In this document: piece after piece, positions 32,831 to 42,455 of the stretch
Layout of the letters: each line of letters begins with the position of its first letter
How positions within the stretch are numbered: position 1 is the first letter of the stretch
Source of the DNA: Bacteroidia bacterium
GTDB taxonomy: Bacteria; Bacteroidota; Bacteroidia; NS11-12g; UBA9320
Assembly (NCBI GenBank): GCA_965216465.1
Contig: CBDCFW010000006.1
Location: forward strand, 384,001 to 448,000
DNA length: 64,000 nt
Direction of reading: 5' to 3'
Translations under genes and position numbers: made by a program
Notes under the pieces: model-generated
Told to the model about the DNA's origin: nothing
What the model saw: only the letters and a program-made list of their open reading frames with translations
The model's database searches: none

Positions 32831-34039
32831 TTATTTGCCATCCACAAAATCTTGCAAGTACGAATAAGGTTTATTCAGCTTGCCTTCAGAAGTTGTAATT
32901 GAGGCACTGTGCAAGATGTCGTCTTGGTCACCATTTATCAGTAACGGAACAATGTGATCAAGCAACAACGACCCAAACTCATGGCTCGCATTCTTTGGCA
33001 TTTCAGTAGGTAAGTTGGTTACGGCCATTACGTCGATAGTGTTGTCGCCATATGCTTCAACTTGTTTCTGTTCTGTCTTGCTCCAGCCAAAAGTGGGATT
33101 GTAGATATCGGTTGCTTCCATGGTGATTGGAACGCTTCCTTCAACATCGCATGTTATATCGGCAATTACTTTGATTCTGAAGTTATCACGTTTGGTGTCT
33201 TCTTTTGTAAAGAGTACGGGCATATCATCTTCCCAATACATTCCATTTATCAAGATGTCGGCAGCATCTCCAAACTGGTCAAATTCACAGCAATAAGCAC
33301 TGTGGTTATTATAAAAATGCTCGGAAGTCCACTCGCCACCATCTCTTCTGTGGTATAGGTCCCAATTGGTTAGTTGCGTAAACACAGGAGCCACATCTTG
33401 CTGCATAATAAAATTAGTTGGAGTAAGTTCTTCTACACGCATATGTTCTAGCACTTCTCTTATGCCTTTTGCAACTCTACCGTTGCCTGTAAATACGATG
33501 CGTGGATTGCCAATATCCAAACCTTTCAATAGCTCCATCGATTTTTCATAATCATCAATTTCATAGGCTGGAGGCAAATCGTATAATCCATTTTTCTTAC
33601 CCCATGTCAAGAATGCATTATAGGCTCCAACAATACCAGCCCACTTTCCGAATCCCAGAATTCGAACGTCTTTCTCAGGCCAAACCAAAGTTTCATAATC
33701 AATCATCCGCACCTTTTTGTTGAGCATTTCGAGCAACAGGTCACGGTTATAATCTTGTGCTTTGATCGTATGCGAAAAGAACAAATAAGTCTTGCCTGGT
33801 ATAAGCTTTTCTTTAGGCACCTCTTTAACTCCAAGTAATACGTCGCAATCCGATATATCTTGAACAACCTTTACCCCAAGACGTTCATAATCAACATCTT
33901 TAAATGTTCGAACGGGCGATGATTCAACAACCAATTCGACATCTGGATGCCTTTCCATAAAGGTTTTACATAGCTCAGGAGTGAGAGCAACTCGTTTGTC
34001 TTCAGGTTTTTTCCACTCTCGAATTATTCCAATTTTCAT
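32831..34039 (-). CDS. Saccharopine dehydrogenase/alanine dehydrogenase-PNT family oxidoreductase
   Basis: GIIRE...RVALTP, GVKEVP, FFSHTIK, ADITCD, NLPTEMP. Confidence 0.85.
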   Translation of the reverse strand: MKIGIIREWKKPEDKRVALTPELCKTFMERHPDVELVVESSPVRTFKDVDYERLGVKVVQDISDCDVLLGVKEVPKEKLIPGKTYLFFSHTIKAQDYNRDLLLEMLNKKVRMIDYETLVWPEKDVRILGFGKWAGIVGAYNAFLTWGKKNGLYDLPPAYEIDDYEKSMELLKGLDIGNPRIVFTGNGRVAKGIREVLEHMRVEELTPTNFIMQQDVAPVFTQLTNWDLYHRRDGGEWTSEHFYNNHSAYCCEFDQFGDAADILINGMYWEDDMPVLFTKEDTKRDNFRIKVIADITCDVEGSVPITMEATDIYNPTFGWSKTEQKQVEAYGDNTIDVMAVTNLPTEMPKNASHEFGSLLLDHIVPLLINGDQDDILHSASITTSEGKLNKPYSYLQDFVDGK

Positions 34040-34476
34040 TCTTCTAGATTTCCAAAGTTTTGGGTGTATTTACGATAAAAGGATACAAGGTTTTGCGGAG
34101 CTGTGTCCATATTGTTCCATACTACTTTCGTTACTTTTTTCTTCTCTTGAAATTTGATGTAGTAGGTCATGTTGCCTGGTGGCGTCGATTCATAATCAAA
34201 AAACTCCATGGCATACAATTCGGCAATCATAATTTCAAACTGGTCATCAAATGCCGATTCAAGTGCGGTAACTTTTGATGTTGAGTCACCCATAAAACCT
34301 GTTGTGAAAAAGCGCTGGCCATTGGGAAAGAAGTAGTATACCTGCTCTTGTCCTGAAAATCCACCGTAAGAACCAATTTCGATGTACGACTTCGGTTTAT
34401 CCTCAAGTGAATACATCTTGTTATTGCACTGAGAGAGTGCTACAATGATTACGCCTGCGAGAAGCAAATTTTTCAT
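34036..34476 (-). CDS. Hypothetical lipoprotein
   Basis: Lipobox-like LSQC, GSYGGFSG, PGNMTYYI. Confidence 0.6.
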   Translation of the reverse strand: MKNLLLAGVIIVALSQCNNKMYSLEDKPKSYIEIGSYGGFSGQEQVYYFFPNGQRFFTTGFMGDSTSKVTALESAFDDQFEIMIAELYAMEFFDYESTPPGNMTYYIKFQEKKKVTKVVWNNMDTAPQNLVSFYRKYTQNFGNLEE

Positions 34477-34501
34477 TGCGGTCAAATATAAGAAATGGTG
34501 C

Positions 34502-36571
34502 CTACTTCCGATTGTAAATATTGAATAATGGTATATCAATCAACACCGAAAAATTAATTCTACTCACGCTGGTATGCGTTTCGGTGATAATGGCATTACC
34601 CGACTCGTAAGTAATCGTTCGCAAATTTGGAATGTAATTGTACACCCCACCAATGGTAATTGGGCTCGATTTGAAGTTATAAAACAATCCTGCTCCCGGA
34701 GTAAAAAACTGCTCAAACTTTAATCCTGAATAAGAAACCGTATCGTTATTAAGTCGTTGATTTACAATAGATCCCAGGTCTAAAATGCTGGCAAAAACGG
34801 TTACATGTCCGTTACCGAAAGTGGTTGAAATACCAATGGGAGCTGTCAAACCAACATTTGGTTTAAACTGACTGGCCTGTTCGCCATAAGCAAGTTCGTA
34901 GCCGCCTGTTAAACCACCATATGCGTTAAGAGCTACGTTGAATTTACTGTTTCTTTTTATTGAAGAACTTCCAATGGGCAAGGCATACGATTCAATCAAA
35001 TTGCGCATATCTGTTGCATTATCAATCTTATAAAACTCAAGCAAGAATGTAACCGAGTGTAGGTTCTTTAAATGACCACCAAGATATTCTACAAAATACA
35101 ATGCCATAATATTGATGGCCTCTGGGTACCGCTTGCTTCTAAATGCATTGGTCAATTCGATGGTGTGACTGGCTACTTCAAACATTTTCGGGTGAACATT
35201 ATACGACTCTTGCACTACGGGATGAGCACATAATCTTCGCAAGAAATTAAAACAAGAATTGGCTGCTTCAAGTGTTTTTTCAAGAGAATTTGAATCGGAT
35301 TTCCCATACGAAAAGTTCAGATCAGTATTCTTAAAGGGTTGAATGAGCTGATACATTTCTCTAGCCATGCCTTCGTTACTAAAATATTGACTCAGATGAG
35401 ATTGCCATGTTGGATAGTTGCCTAATTCATCATAATACAATCCGTAGAAATACCTCACCTTACGTTGGTCAAATTTTTCAGGACTAACCAAATCTTCAAC
35501 ATCGATATAACCGGCTAAACTTACCTCATCATAATCGAGTAAGTGAGTGACATCGTGTTTTTCAACAACCCGCGATAACATCTTACTAAAACTCAACCAC
35601 GAATTGAAGTTATGGCCATCCAACGAATCGGGAAGATAAATATTAAAAAGCATCTCTTGAGCCGTATGTGACTCGTTGATTTGCAATAACTTATTGGTCA
35701 AACTAAAGATCTCGCTCGCTACTGGATATTCTTGAAACGCCGGAAAAATATGCTCTTTATTTTCCTCAAAAGCTTGATCGAGATTGGTGACATCCATATT
35801 GATGATTTGCCTAAGTTGAACCAAGTCTGCAGCATAATATGTTCCATCATTTAACAGCGTATTGATGTATAAAAACGTTTTAGGGAATAGGTTCGAAACG
35901 ATGAGCGAATCTTCTCGCGTCATAGTTTTAAAGATGCTGTTCAATGCCAAATTCAACGATTCTTGTTTGAGTCTATCTGCTATGAAAGACGACAAGGCAT
36001 TGATCATGGTGCCCTGAAAATTGTCGAAGTTTTGAATTACACTATTCGCAAAATCAGCTTCTAGGTCAAAATAGTCAGCAACACCATCTGCATCAACATC
36101 TTCTATATAGGGATAGTATTGACCCGATCGAGAAGGAGCAAAGTGATGATCCCAAGTCATAATGGAATCTAAAAATTGAGTGGAAACTGAATCTCGATAA
36201 TGTGATCGGATATTGCTGCTGTTTAAAAACGGATTTTGATTGATTTGAATATTGCTTGTCCAAGCAAAAAGTCTGTTTCTAAATTGCTCTTCATAGTTGC
36301 GATAATAGATGCGTTGCAATTCATACTTCTCTTTGGCCTTCATAAACATTGCTGTATCATCTTCTAAAGCAAGATCGATGCATTCTTGAAATAGCAATTG
36401 ACAATCTTTAAAGTAGGCTTCAGCAGTGTCATATTTCAGTGCTAAAACTTCGGCTTTTGAGTACACATCGAGGTTGTTCTCAAAATCATCATCCATAACA
36501 ATATGAATGAGCTGGGCCTGTGAAACATTAACTAAAAGAGCGAGAATACATGCAGATAAAAAAGTTCTCAT
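34502..36571 (-). CDS. Hypothetical secreted/outer-membrane protein
   Basis: 689-aa ORF, signal peptide, helical N-region and beta-rich C-terminus. Confidence 0.6.
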   Translation of the reverse strand: MRTFLSACILALLVNVSQAQLIHIVMDDDFENNLDVYSKAEVLALKYDTAEAYFKDCQLLFQECIDLALEDDTAMFMKAKEKYELQRIYYRNYEEQFRNRLFAWTSNIQINQNPFLNSSNIRSHYRDSVSTQFLDSIMTWDHHFAPSRSGQYYPYIEDVDADGVADYFDLEADFANSVIQNFDNFQGTMINALSSFIADRLKQESLNLALNSIFKTMTREDSLIVSNLFPKTFLYINTLLNDGTYYAADLVQLRQIINMDVTNLDQAFEENKEHIFPAFQEYPVASEIFSLTNKLLQINESHTAQEMLFNIYLPDSLDGHNFNSWLSFSKMLSRVVEKHDVTHLLDYDEVSLAGYIDVEDLVSPEKFDQRKVRYFYGLYYDELGNYPTWQSHLSQYFSNEGMAREMYQLIQPFKNTDLNFSYGKSDSNSLEKTLEAANSCFNFLRRLCAHPVVQESYNVHPKMFEVASHTIELTNAFRSKRYPEAINIMALYFVEYLGGHLKNLHSVTFLLEFYKIDNATDMRNLIESYALPIGSSSIKRNSKFNVALNAYGGLTGGYELAYGEQASQFKPNVGLTAPIGISTTFGNGHVTVFASILDLGSIVNQRLNNDTVSYSGLKFEQFFTPGAGLFYNFKSSPITIGGVYNYIPNLRTITYESGNAIITETHTSVSRINFSVLIDIPLFNIYNRK

Positions 36572-36633
36572 GTTGAGGTTTTTGGTTAGGTTGGTTCAGA
36601 ACGAATATAACCAAAGAACGCTCAAGGTTTTAC

Positions 36634-36819
36634 CTAGCCTGTTAGTAAGCTAGCATATTCTTCAAATCGATGCTCGCGAATGGGCCTAATTTTTGGTTCA
36701 GTGGTGAAGTGCAAAAGCAAGCACGGAGCAATGTCTTTATACCGGTCTACAAACTCAAAATGCAACAATTCTCCATTGTTGATTCGTTGTTTTATTCTAT
36801 TGTGATATGAGTAACGCAT
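36634..36819 (-). CDS. Small hypothetical protein
   Basis: MRYSYHNRIKQRI...RPIREHR; fills intergenic gap. Confidence 0.5.
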   Translation of the reverse strand: MRYSYHNRIKQRINNGELLHFEFVDRYKDIAPCLLLHFTTEPKIRPIREHRFEEYASLLTG

Positions 36820-36821
36820 AA

Positions 36822-36853
36822 CAAAAAATGGGTCGAGCTTGTACCCGACCCAT
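36822..36853 (-). terminator. Intrinsic terminator of fasciclin gene
   Basis: ATGGGTCG/CGACCCAT stem followed by a T-run on the minus strand. Confidence 0.6.
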
Positions 36854-36863
36854 CGCACCTAAA

Positions 36864-37820
36864 TTACGGTATAAGAACCTGATCTATGGCGTGAATTACG
36901 CCGTTAGAACTTTGCACATCTGCCTGAACCACTGCAGATACTCTTGACTGGCCATCCGTTACGGTTACCCCGTCAGTAGTGTTTAGTGTAATACTAGTAC
37001 CTTGGTAAGTCATTGGTGTAGCACCATCTGTAATTTCTGAAGAAGTTACATTACTTCCTGCAATTACATGATAGCTTAAAACCGCTTCCAAAGTAGCAGT
37101 AGGAATATCATCGAGGGTGTTCCAATCCATATTGCTATTTAATAATGCAGTAAAGGCATCATTCGTAGGAGCAAAAATGGTAAATGGACCATCACCTGAA
37201 AGTATCGACACAAAGTCGGCACTTAAATTTTCGTTGGTTAACGCAGCTACAAGCGTGCTGAAATTTGGATTACTCAACGCAACATCAACTACAGATGGAA
37301 TAGTAATCACTTTGTCTACTACATGAACAACGCCGTTGTCTGCTGCAACATCTGGAGCTGTCACCTTCGCTCTGTTGTTGATCATAATGCCATCTGTCAA
37401 GTCAATAAACATAGAAACGTTAGTCGCTTCAGGACCTGATGCCAGCGTGTTTACATAACCCGTACTTAAATCAGTACTCATAACTTTACCACTTACAACG
37501 TGGTTCATTAAAATTTCTTTGAGAACAGGAACAGGTACGTCATCTAAACTGTTAAAATTTAGTTCAGCAAGTAAACTTGTGAAAGCATCGTCTGTAGGTG
37601 CAAAAACTGTAAAAGGACCTTCCCCTTCTAAGGTCATGGTTAAATCGGCACGGTCAAGTGCATCAATTAAGATTGTAAAGTTGTTTGCATTGGCCACGTC
37701 AACAATATTGTTGGTGGTAGGTTCCGGAGTTGGAGTTGATTCCGCATCATCGGAACAAGATGTAATTGTAAAAGCCATTAGCATAAAAGCTGAAAGCAAG
37801 GCTAGATTGAATTTTTTCAT
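36864..37820 (-). CDS. Two-domain fasciclin (FAS1) lipoprotein
   Basis: Two GPFTxFAPTxxAF and NGVxHxxDxV repeats; lipobox TSC. Confidence 0.93.
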   Translation of the reverse strand: MKKFNLALLSAFMLMAFTITSCSDDAESTPTPEPTTNNIVDVANANNFTILIDALDRADLTMTLEGEGPFTVFAPTDDAFTSLLAELNFNSLDDVPVPVLKEILMNHVVSGKVMSTDLSTGYVNTLASGPEATNVSMFIDLTDGIMINNRAKVTAPDVAADNGVVHVVDKVITIPSVVDVALSNPNFSTLVAALTNENLSADFVSILSGDGPFTIFAPTNDAFTALLNSNMDWNTLDDIPTATLEAVLSYHVIAGSNVTSSEITDGATPMTYQGTSITLNTTDGVTVTDGQSRVSAVVQADVQSSNGVIHAIDQVLIP

Positions 37821-37954
37821 TTTGATTGTTGTTTACTCTTACCAACAATAAATTTTGTTTAATGTTTTGGATAAAAAGTTAAACAATGTAAGTTGAATGT
37901 CATTTCACTAACTTGCGAAATCAAACAACCAAACACCAATTCTGTTATTAAATT

Positions 37955-38401
37955 ATGCTAACCAACTTAAAACGATCTGCAACTGCTGTGTGGAAAGGAA
38001 CCGGCCTCGAAGGGTCAGGTGTAGTATCTACTCCAAGCAAGGCTTTAACTGATTTACCTTACTCTCACAAATCTCGATTTCAAAATGAAGATGGTCTCAA
38101 CGGCACAAACCCTGAAGAGATGATTGCGGCTGCACACGCAGGCTGCTTTAATATGGCACTTAGCTTTCAATTAAATGGGGCTGGTTATACTGCCAATTCA
38201 TTAGAAACTGAAGCAAAAGTATTTATGGGCAAAGAAGGATTCGACTATCATATTGCTCGCATCGATTTGATTTTAAAAGGAAGCGTTGAAGGTATTTCTG
38301 AAGATGAATTTCAGCGTTTAGCTACAGCAGCTAAAGAAGGATGCCCAATATCAATGGCTCTTTCAGCTGTGGAGATCACACTTGATGCTAGCTTAGTCTA
38401 A
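37955..38401 (+). CDS. osmC: OsmC family peroxiredoxin
   Basis: GTNPEEMIAAAHAGCF and CPIS. Confidence 0.93.
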   Translation: MLTNLKRSATAVWKGTGLEGSGVVSTPSKALTDLPYSHKSRFQNEDGLNGTNPEEMIAAAHAGCFNMALSFQLNGAGYTANSLETEAKVFMGKEGFDYHIARIDLILKGSVEGISEDEFQRLATAAKEGCPISMALSAVEITLDASLV

Positions 38402-39381
38402 GCAAATTGTGAAGCTATTGCTTTGAGTACAGGAATAGAGGCACTGTTCCCAAATTGTTTGTATGCCTGATTTTTGGATGGATGAATCTTAAAATCCTCT
38501 GGGAATCCATGTAAACGAGCGCACTCACGTGGACTTAGTTTCCTAAGCTTGCCATCTATCCAATACAAACCGGTTTTGCTTCCTACCCCACCTCCATGTG
38601 CCGATAAGGTAATGGCATGCCCAACAGGATGATAGATTCGTTCACCCTGACCACCCTTGTTCACGATACCAATTTGCACCGGGCGATTTGGGACGTTGGA
38701 GACTTCTTGAACACTTTCGGGTTGTTTGGTAAAAACCATATCGCTTCGAACAATGCTTGGCATTTCCGATTGATCTTCTAAGATTTGATGCAGAGCTATT
38801 TCCGAATTAATAGGTTCGGGAAACTTGAAATCGACGCTACACTTATCTTGATGTGTTGCTACGATGTAAACTCTTTCACGGTTCTGCGGAAGCCCAAAGT
38901 GGCTTGTATTAAGCACCTTGTAATGTACTTCATAATTCAATGCTTTAAGCACTTCAATAATTCTTGCAAGTGTTTTTCCCTGATCATGACCAACTAAATT
39001 CTTTACATTTTCTAGGAACAAAATGCTAGGTTGGTGATGTTTTGCAATTCGTGCTATATCAAAGAATAATGTACCTCGTGTGTCTTCAAACCCCAATCTT
39101 TTACCGGACACTGAAAAGGCCTGACATGGAAATCCAGCACACAAAATATCATGACTCGGAATATCATTAGCAGCAATTTGCGTAATATCACCTGCTGGTT
39201 TAATATGATGGTTTTGAGTGTAAGTGAGTGATGCCGGCTGGTCAATTTCTGATGCGAATACACAAGTCGCTCCTAAATCGGAAAGGGCATAATGAAATGC
39301 TCCTATCCCAGCAAAGAGGTCTATAAAATTGAATTGATTTAAGGGTTTATCTTCTGGCACCTTAGCACGAAGATATTCCAT
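38398..39381 (-). CDS. dcm: DNA (cytosine-5) methyltransferase, M.HhaI-like
   Basis: FIDLFAGIG, GFPCQ, ENV, QNRER, KQFGNS; TRD KGGQGERIY...AITLSA.GGG resembles M.HhaI. Confidence 0.92.
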   Translation of the reverse strand: MEYLRAKVPEDKPLNQFNFIDLFAGIGAFHYALSDLGATCVFASEIDQPASLTYTQNHHIKPAGDITQIAANDIPSHDILCAGFPCQAFSVSGKRLGFEDTRGTLFFDIARIAKHHQPSILFLENVKNLVGHDQGKTLARIIEVLKALNYEVHYKVLNTSHFGLPQNRERVYIVATHQDKCSVDFKFPEPINSEIALHQILEDQSEMPSIVRSDMVFTKQPESVQEVSNVPNRPVQIGIVNKGGQGERIYHPVGHAITLSAHGGGVGSKTGLYWIDGKLRKLSPRECARLHGFPEDFKIHPSKNQAYKQFGNSASIPVLKAIASQFA

Positions 39382-39399
39382 TGCGATAAAATTGGAATT

Positions 39400-40386
39400 C
39401 TAAAACTTAGGACAGCCAATGTTTCGGAACTTACGGCTTGGTTGACGGGCACACCATTCTATAGAAGCCGATATTTCATGCGAGCCTGGTGCCGCAGTAC
39501 GAGCATCAGAAACCGTAAAATCGTAGCTATATCCAAACTTGAATCGATCTTTCGTGAAGCCAACAAGAGCCATCATGGCATCTGGGTTGCGGTATTCGCC
39601 AAGTGTTTGTCTGAACCACAATCCGGTAACCAAAGGACCTTTATTATAGTAGAAACCTACGTTTAATTGTGAAAACTTGTTTTGTCTCATGAATAACACG
39701 TTTGGCGACAACGTAGATTCAGGTCTAACACGACCATCCAACGGAATAACCATTCCTGCGTGTGCGGTGTACCTTCTGGGAATTACTGCTTGATTGTCGT
39801 AAAACGACTCATTGGGTTCAATCAGATTGTGTACGGCAAATCCACCATAAAACTTCTCGGTATAGGCTACCATTCCCGTCGCAAAATTGGCGTAAGTAAC
39901 AGGGTCGGTAATGGGCACTTCACCAGTTGGAAGCACAAATCCTTGAACTGGGTCAATTTGATCTTCAAAGCGGAGCTTGTACCAATCGATGCTTCGTTGG
40001 CCAACCGAACCTTGCATTCCAAAGCGAATGGTAAATCGTTGCGTAACATCAAGTTGGTATGAGTAAACCGCTGATGCAACCGTTGATCTCAACAGGCCTT
40101 CACCGGCTCTATCGTCTAACAGTAGAAATCCTATTCCACCACCGATATCATCAAAATGTTGATCGTAGCTTGCTGTAGTGGTCACAAATGTTCCGGGTAA
40201 GCTCGGCCATTGATTTCGATAATTAAGGGCTACCCTTCCACCTCCATCACATGATCCTGTACCCGCTAGAGCCGGATTAAGATACAAGGGTGAGGCATAA
40301 AATTGGGTTAATTCAGGGTCTTGGGCAATTGAGTCAAATGAGAAGGAAATTAGTACAGCGAGGAATAAGGTTGCAACTGTTTTCAT
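39400..40386 (-). CDS. PorP/SprF family T9SS membrane protein
   Basis: AQDPELTQFY..PLYLNPA, NYRNQW, GYSYD...GSHEIS. Confidence 0.92.
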   Translation of the reverse strand: MKTVATLFLAVLISFSFDSIAQDPELTQFYASPLYLNPALAGTGSCDGGGRVALNYRNQWPSLPGTFVTTTASYDQHFDDIGGGIGFLLLDDRAGEGLLRSTVASAVYSYQLDVTQRFTIRFGMQGSVGQRSIDWYKLRFEDQIDPVQGFVLPTGEVPITDPVTYANFATGMVAYTEKFYGGFAVHNLIEPNESFYDNQAVIPRRYTAHAGMVIPLDGRVRPESTLSPNVLFMRQNKFSQLNVGFYYNKGPLVTGLWFRQTLGEYRNPDAMMALVGFTKDRFKFGYSYDFTVSDARTAAPGSHEISASIEWCARQPSRKFRNIGCPKF

Positions 40387-40545
40387 GAAAGTAAGACCAA
40401 TAGTGCAGGTGAGATGTTGCACGTGATTGAACGACCACTAAAACAAGAACTATTAACATTTGATTCTCAGTTATACATTTTGCTTGACAATGAACCTAAA
40501 CTTATGCAAATTGCAGTTTCAAACTTCTAATAAGAAAGCACATTT

Positions 40546-41598
40546 ATGATTATAGGAATTACGGGAACACTCGCGGCAGGAAAAGGAACAATTGTTGAAT
40601 ATCTTCAAAAGAAAGGATTCAAACATTTTTCGGTTAGGGCATATTTGACCAAGAAGGTGAAAGATCAAGGACTGCCTGTAAACCGCGACTCTTTTGTTCA
40701 AGTAGCAAATGCCTTACGAGAAGACAATTCGCCAAGCTTTATTGTAGAAGAATTGTATCGCGAAGCTAAAGAAGCAGGAGGCGATGTGATTATAGAAAGT
40801 GTTAGAACAGAGGGTGAAGTTCAAGCCTTAAAGTCAAAAGGAAATTTCTACCTTTTTGCTATTGATGCCGATGCTGAGATTCGCTATCCAAGAGCGGTTG
40901 CTCGAGCTAGCGAAACCGATTCCGTGAGCTTCGAAACCTTTGTTGCAAATGAAGAACGTGAATGGGCAAATACCGACCCGACCAAGGGTAACTTGAAAAG
41001 ATGTATTGAACTTTCTGACTATAAATTTACCAACAACGGAGAACTAGAAGAGTTGTTTGAACAAATCGACACGGTATTGCAAGACATCAACAACAAGTCT
41101 AAAAATGTTACCAAACGCCAAGATTATATTTCTTGGGATGAATATTTCATGGGAGTTTCTATTCTCTCGGGAAGAAGAAGCAAGGATCCTTCAACGCAAG
41201 TAGGTGCATGCATCATAGACCAAGATAAAAAGATTATTGCCACCGGCTATAATGGGGCCCCTCGTGGAATTGATGATGAAGATTTCCCTTGGTCTAGGGA
41301 AGGAGATTTCTTAGACACGAAGTACGCCTATGTTTGTCATGCTGAGTTAAACGCAATTTTAAATGCCACCACCCAGAATTTAAAAGGCTGCACCATTTAT
41401 GTAGCGCTCTTCCCTTGCAATGAATGTGCAAAATCGATTATTCAATCTGGCATAAAGAAGGTGGTATATTTATCAGATAAGTATATGGATGTCCCTGCAT
41501 TTATTGCATCCAGAAAAATATTAGGCATGGCAGATATTGAATTGGTGCAAATGAAGCCATCCATTGCATCATTGAGCTTAGATTTTAGCAAAGTGTGA
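40546..41598 (+). CDS. P-loop nucleotide kinase-like domain fused to dCMP deaminase
   Basis: N-terminal IIGITGTLAAGKGT Walker A; C-terminal WDEYFM..RSKDP, HAELNA, PCNEC Zn motifs. Confidence 0.9.
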   Translation: MIIGITGTLAAGKGTIVEYLQKKGFKHFSVRAYLTKKVKDQGLPVNRDSFVQVANALREDNSPSFIVEELYREAKEAGGDVIIESVRTEGEVQALKSKGNFYLFAIDADAEIRYPRAVARASETDSVSFETFVANEEREWANTDPTKGNLKRCIELSDYKFTNNGELEELFEQIDTVLQDINNKSKNVTKRQDYISWDEYFMGVSILSGRRSKDPSTQVGACIIDQDKKIIATGYNGAPRGIDDEDFPWSREGDFLDTKYAYVCHAELNAILNATTQNLKGCTIYVALFPCNECAKSIIQSGIKKVVYLSDKYMDVPAFIASRKILGMADIELVQMKPSIASLSLDFSKV

Positions 41599-41599
41599 T

Positions 41600-42124
41600 A
41601 TGATTTCTTTCTCTCTTGAACAAACGATTTCATTTCTGGAACGCACTCCAGATTTACTTGAAATTTGTTTAAAAGAGAACGAGCTAGATTGGCTGCACAA
41701 CAACGAAGGAGGCGAATCGTGGAGCCCCTTTGAGGTCTTGGGTCATTTAATTTTCGGTGAACAGACCGACTGGATTCCTAGGTTGAATATCATACTCAAT
41801 CAACAAGCCGACAAAACATTTATTCCATTTGATCGCTTAGGACACCAAGAACACATCTTAGACAAAACGATTGTTCAACTTTTAGATGAGTTCAGAGCAA
41901 TTCGGCTAAAAAATTTGGAAGAACTGAAGCAGCTCAATTTAACTGAAGAACAACTGAATTTGACTGGCATACACCCCGAATTTGGGGAAGTGACCGCAAG
42001 ACAATTGCTCTCAACGTGGTTGGTGCATGATTTTGCACATATCGTTCAAATTTATCGGGTAATGGGCAAGCAGTACAAAGATGCTGTAGGACCTTGGGCA
42101 GCCTATATCGGAATATTGAAATAA
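41600..42124 (+). CDS. DinB family protein
   Basis: WSPFEVLGHL, HPEFG, HDFAH. Confidence 0.85.
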   Translation: MISFSLEQTISFLERTPDLLEICLKENELDWLHNNEGGESWSPFEVLGHLIFGEQTDWIPRLNIILNQQADKTFIPFDRLGHQEHILDKTIVQLLDEFRAIRLKNLEELKQLNLTEEQLNLTGIHPEFGEVTARQLLSTWLVHDFAHIVQIYRVMGKQYKDAVGPWAAYIGILK

Positions 42125-42429
42125 GCTCACTATCTTTGGTTGATTTGTTTCGACTACGATTCTTTAAATATGTTACGCCGTTGCGGTTGTTCGCTTTGTT
42201 TATTGTTTTGTCATCACTTCAATTGGCCATTGTTAACTATCAAATTGTGCAACGCGGTGAGGGCCCAATTTTGTGGGGACTGAAGCCTTGGTTCGTTGCG
42301 TTGCTCGCCTTACTTCCTTTACTCGTAGATCTCGTTTTAAGTAGGGCATTCAAAACCAAAAACGGAATCAATTGGCTGGTACAATCTTTTCTTCTCCTCA
42401 GCTTTTTTGTGTGGATATGGTATACCTAA
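42094..42429 (+). CDS. Hypothetical membrane protein
   Basis: Three hydrophobic segments; start uncertain. Confidence 0.45.
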   Translation: MGSLYRNIEISSLSLVDLFRLRFFKYVTPLRLFALFIVLSSLQLAIVNYQIVQRGEGPILWGLKPWFVALLALLPLLVDLVLSRAFKTKNGINWLVQSFLLLSFFVWIWYT

Positions 42430-42455
42430 AATCGAATACACTACGTTTTAAAACC

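Noticed and set aside
38398-40386. Complete type II restriction-modification system
   Set aside because: The neighbours are osmC and a PorP/SprF gene, with no endonuclease.
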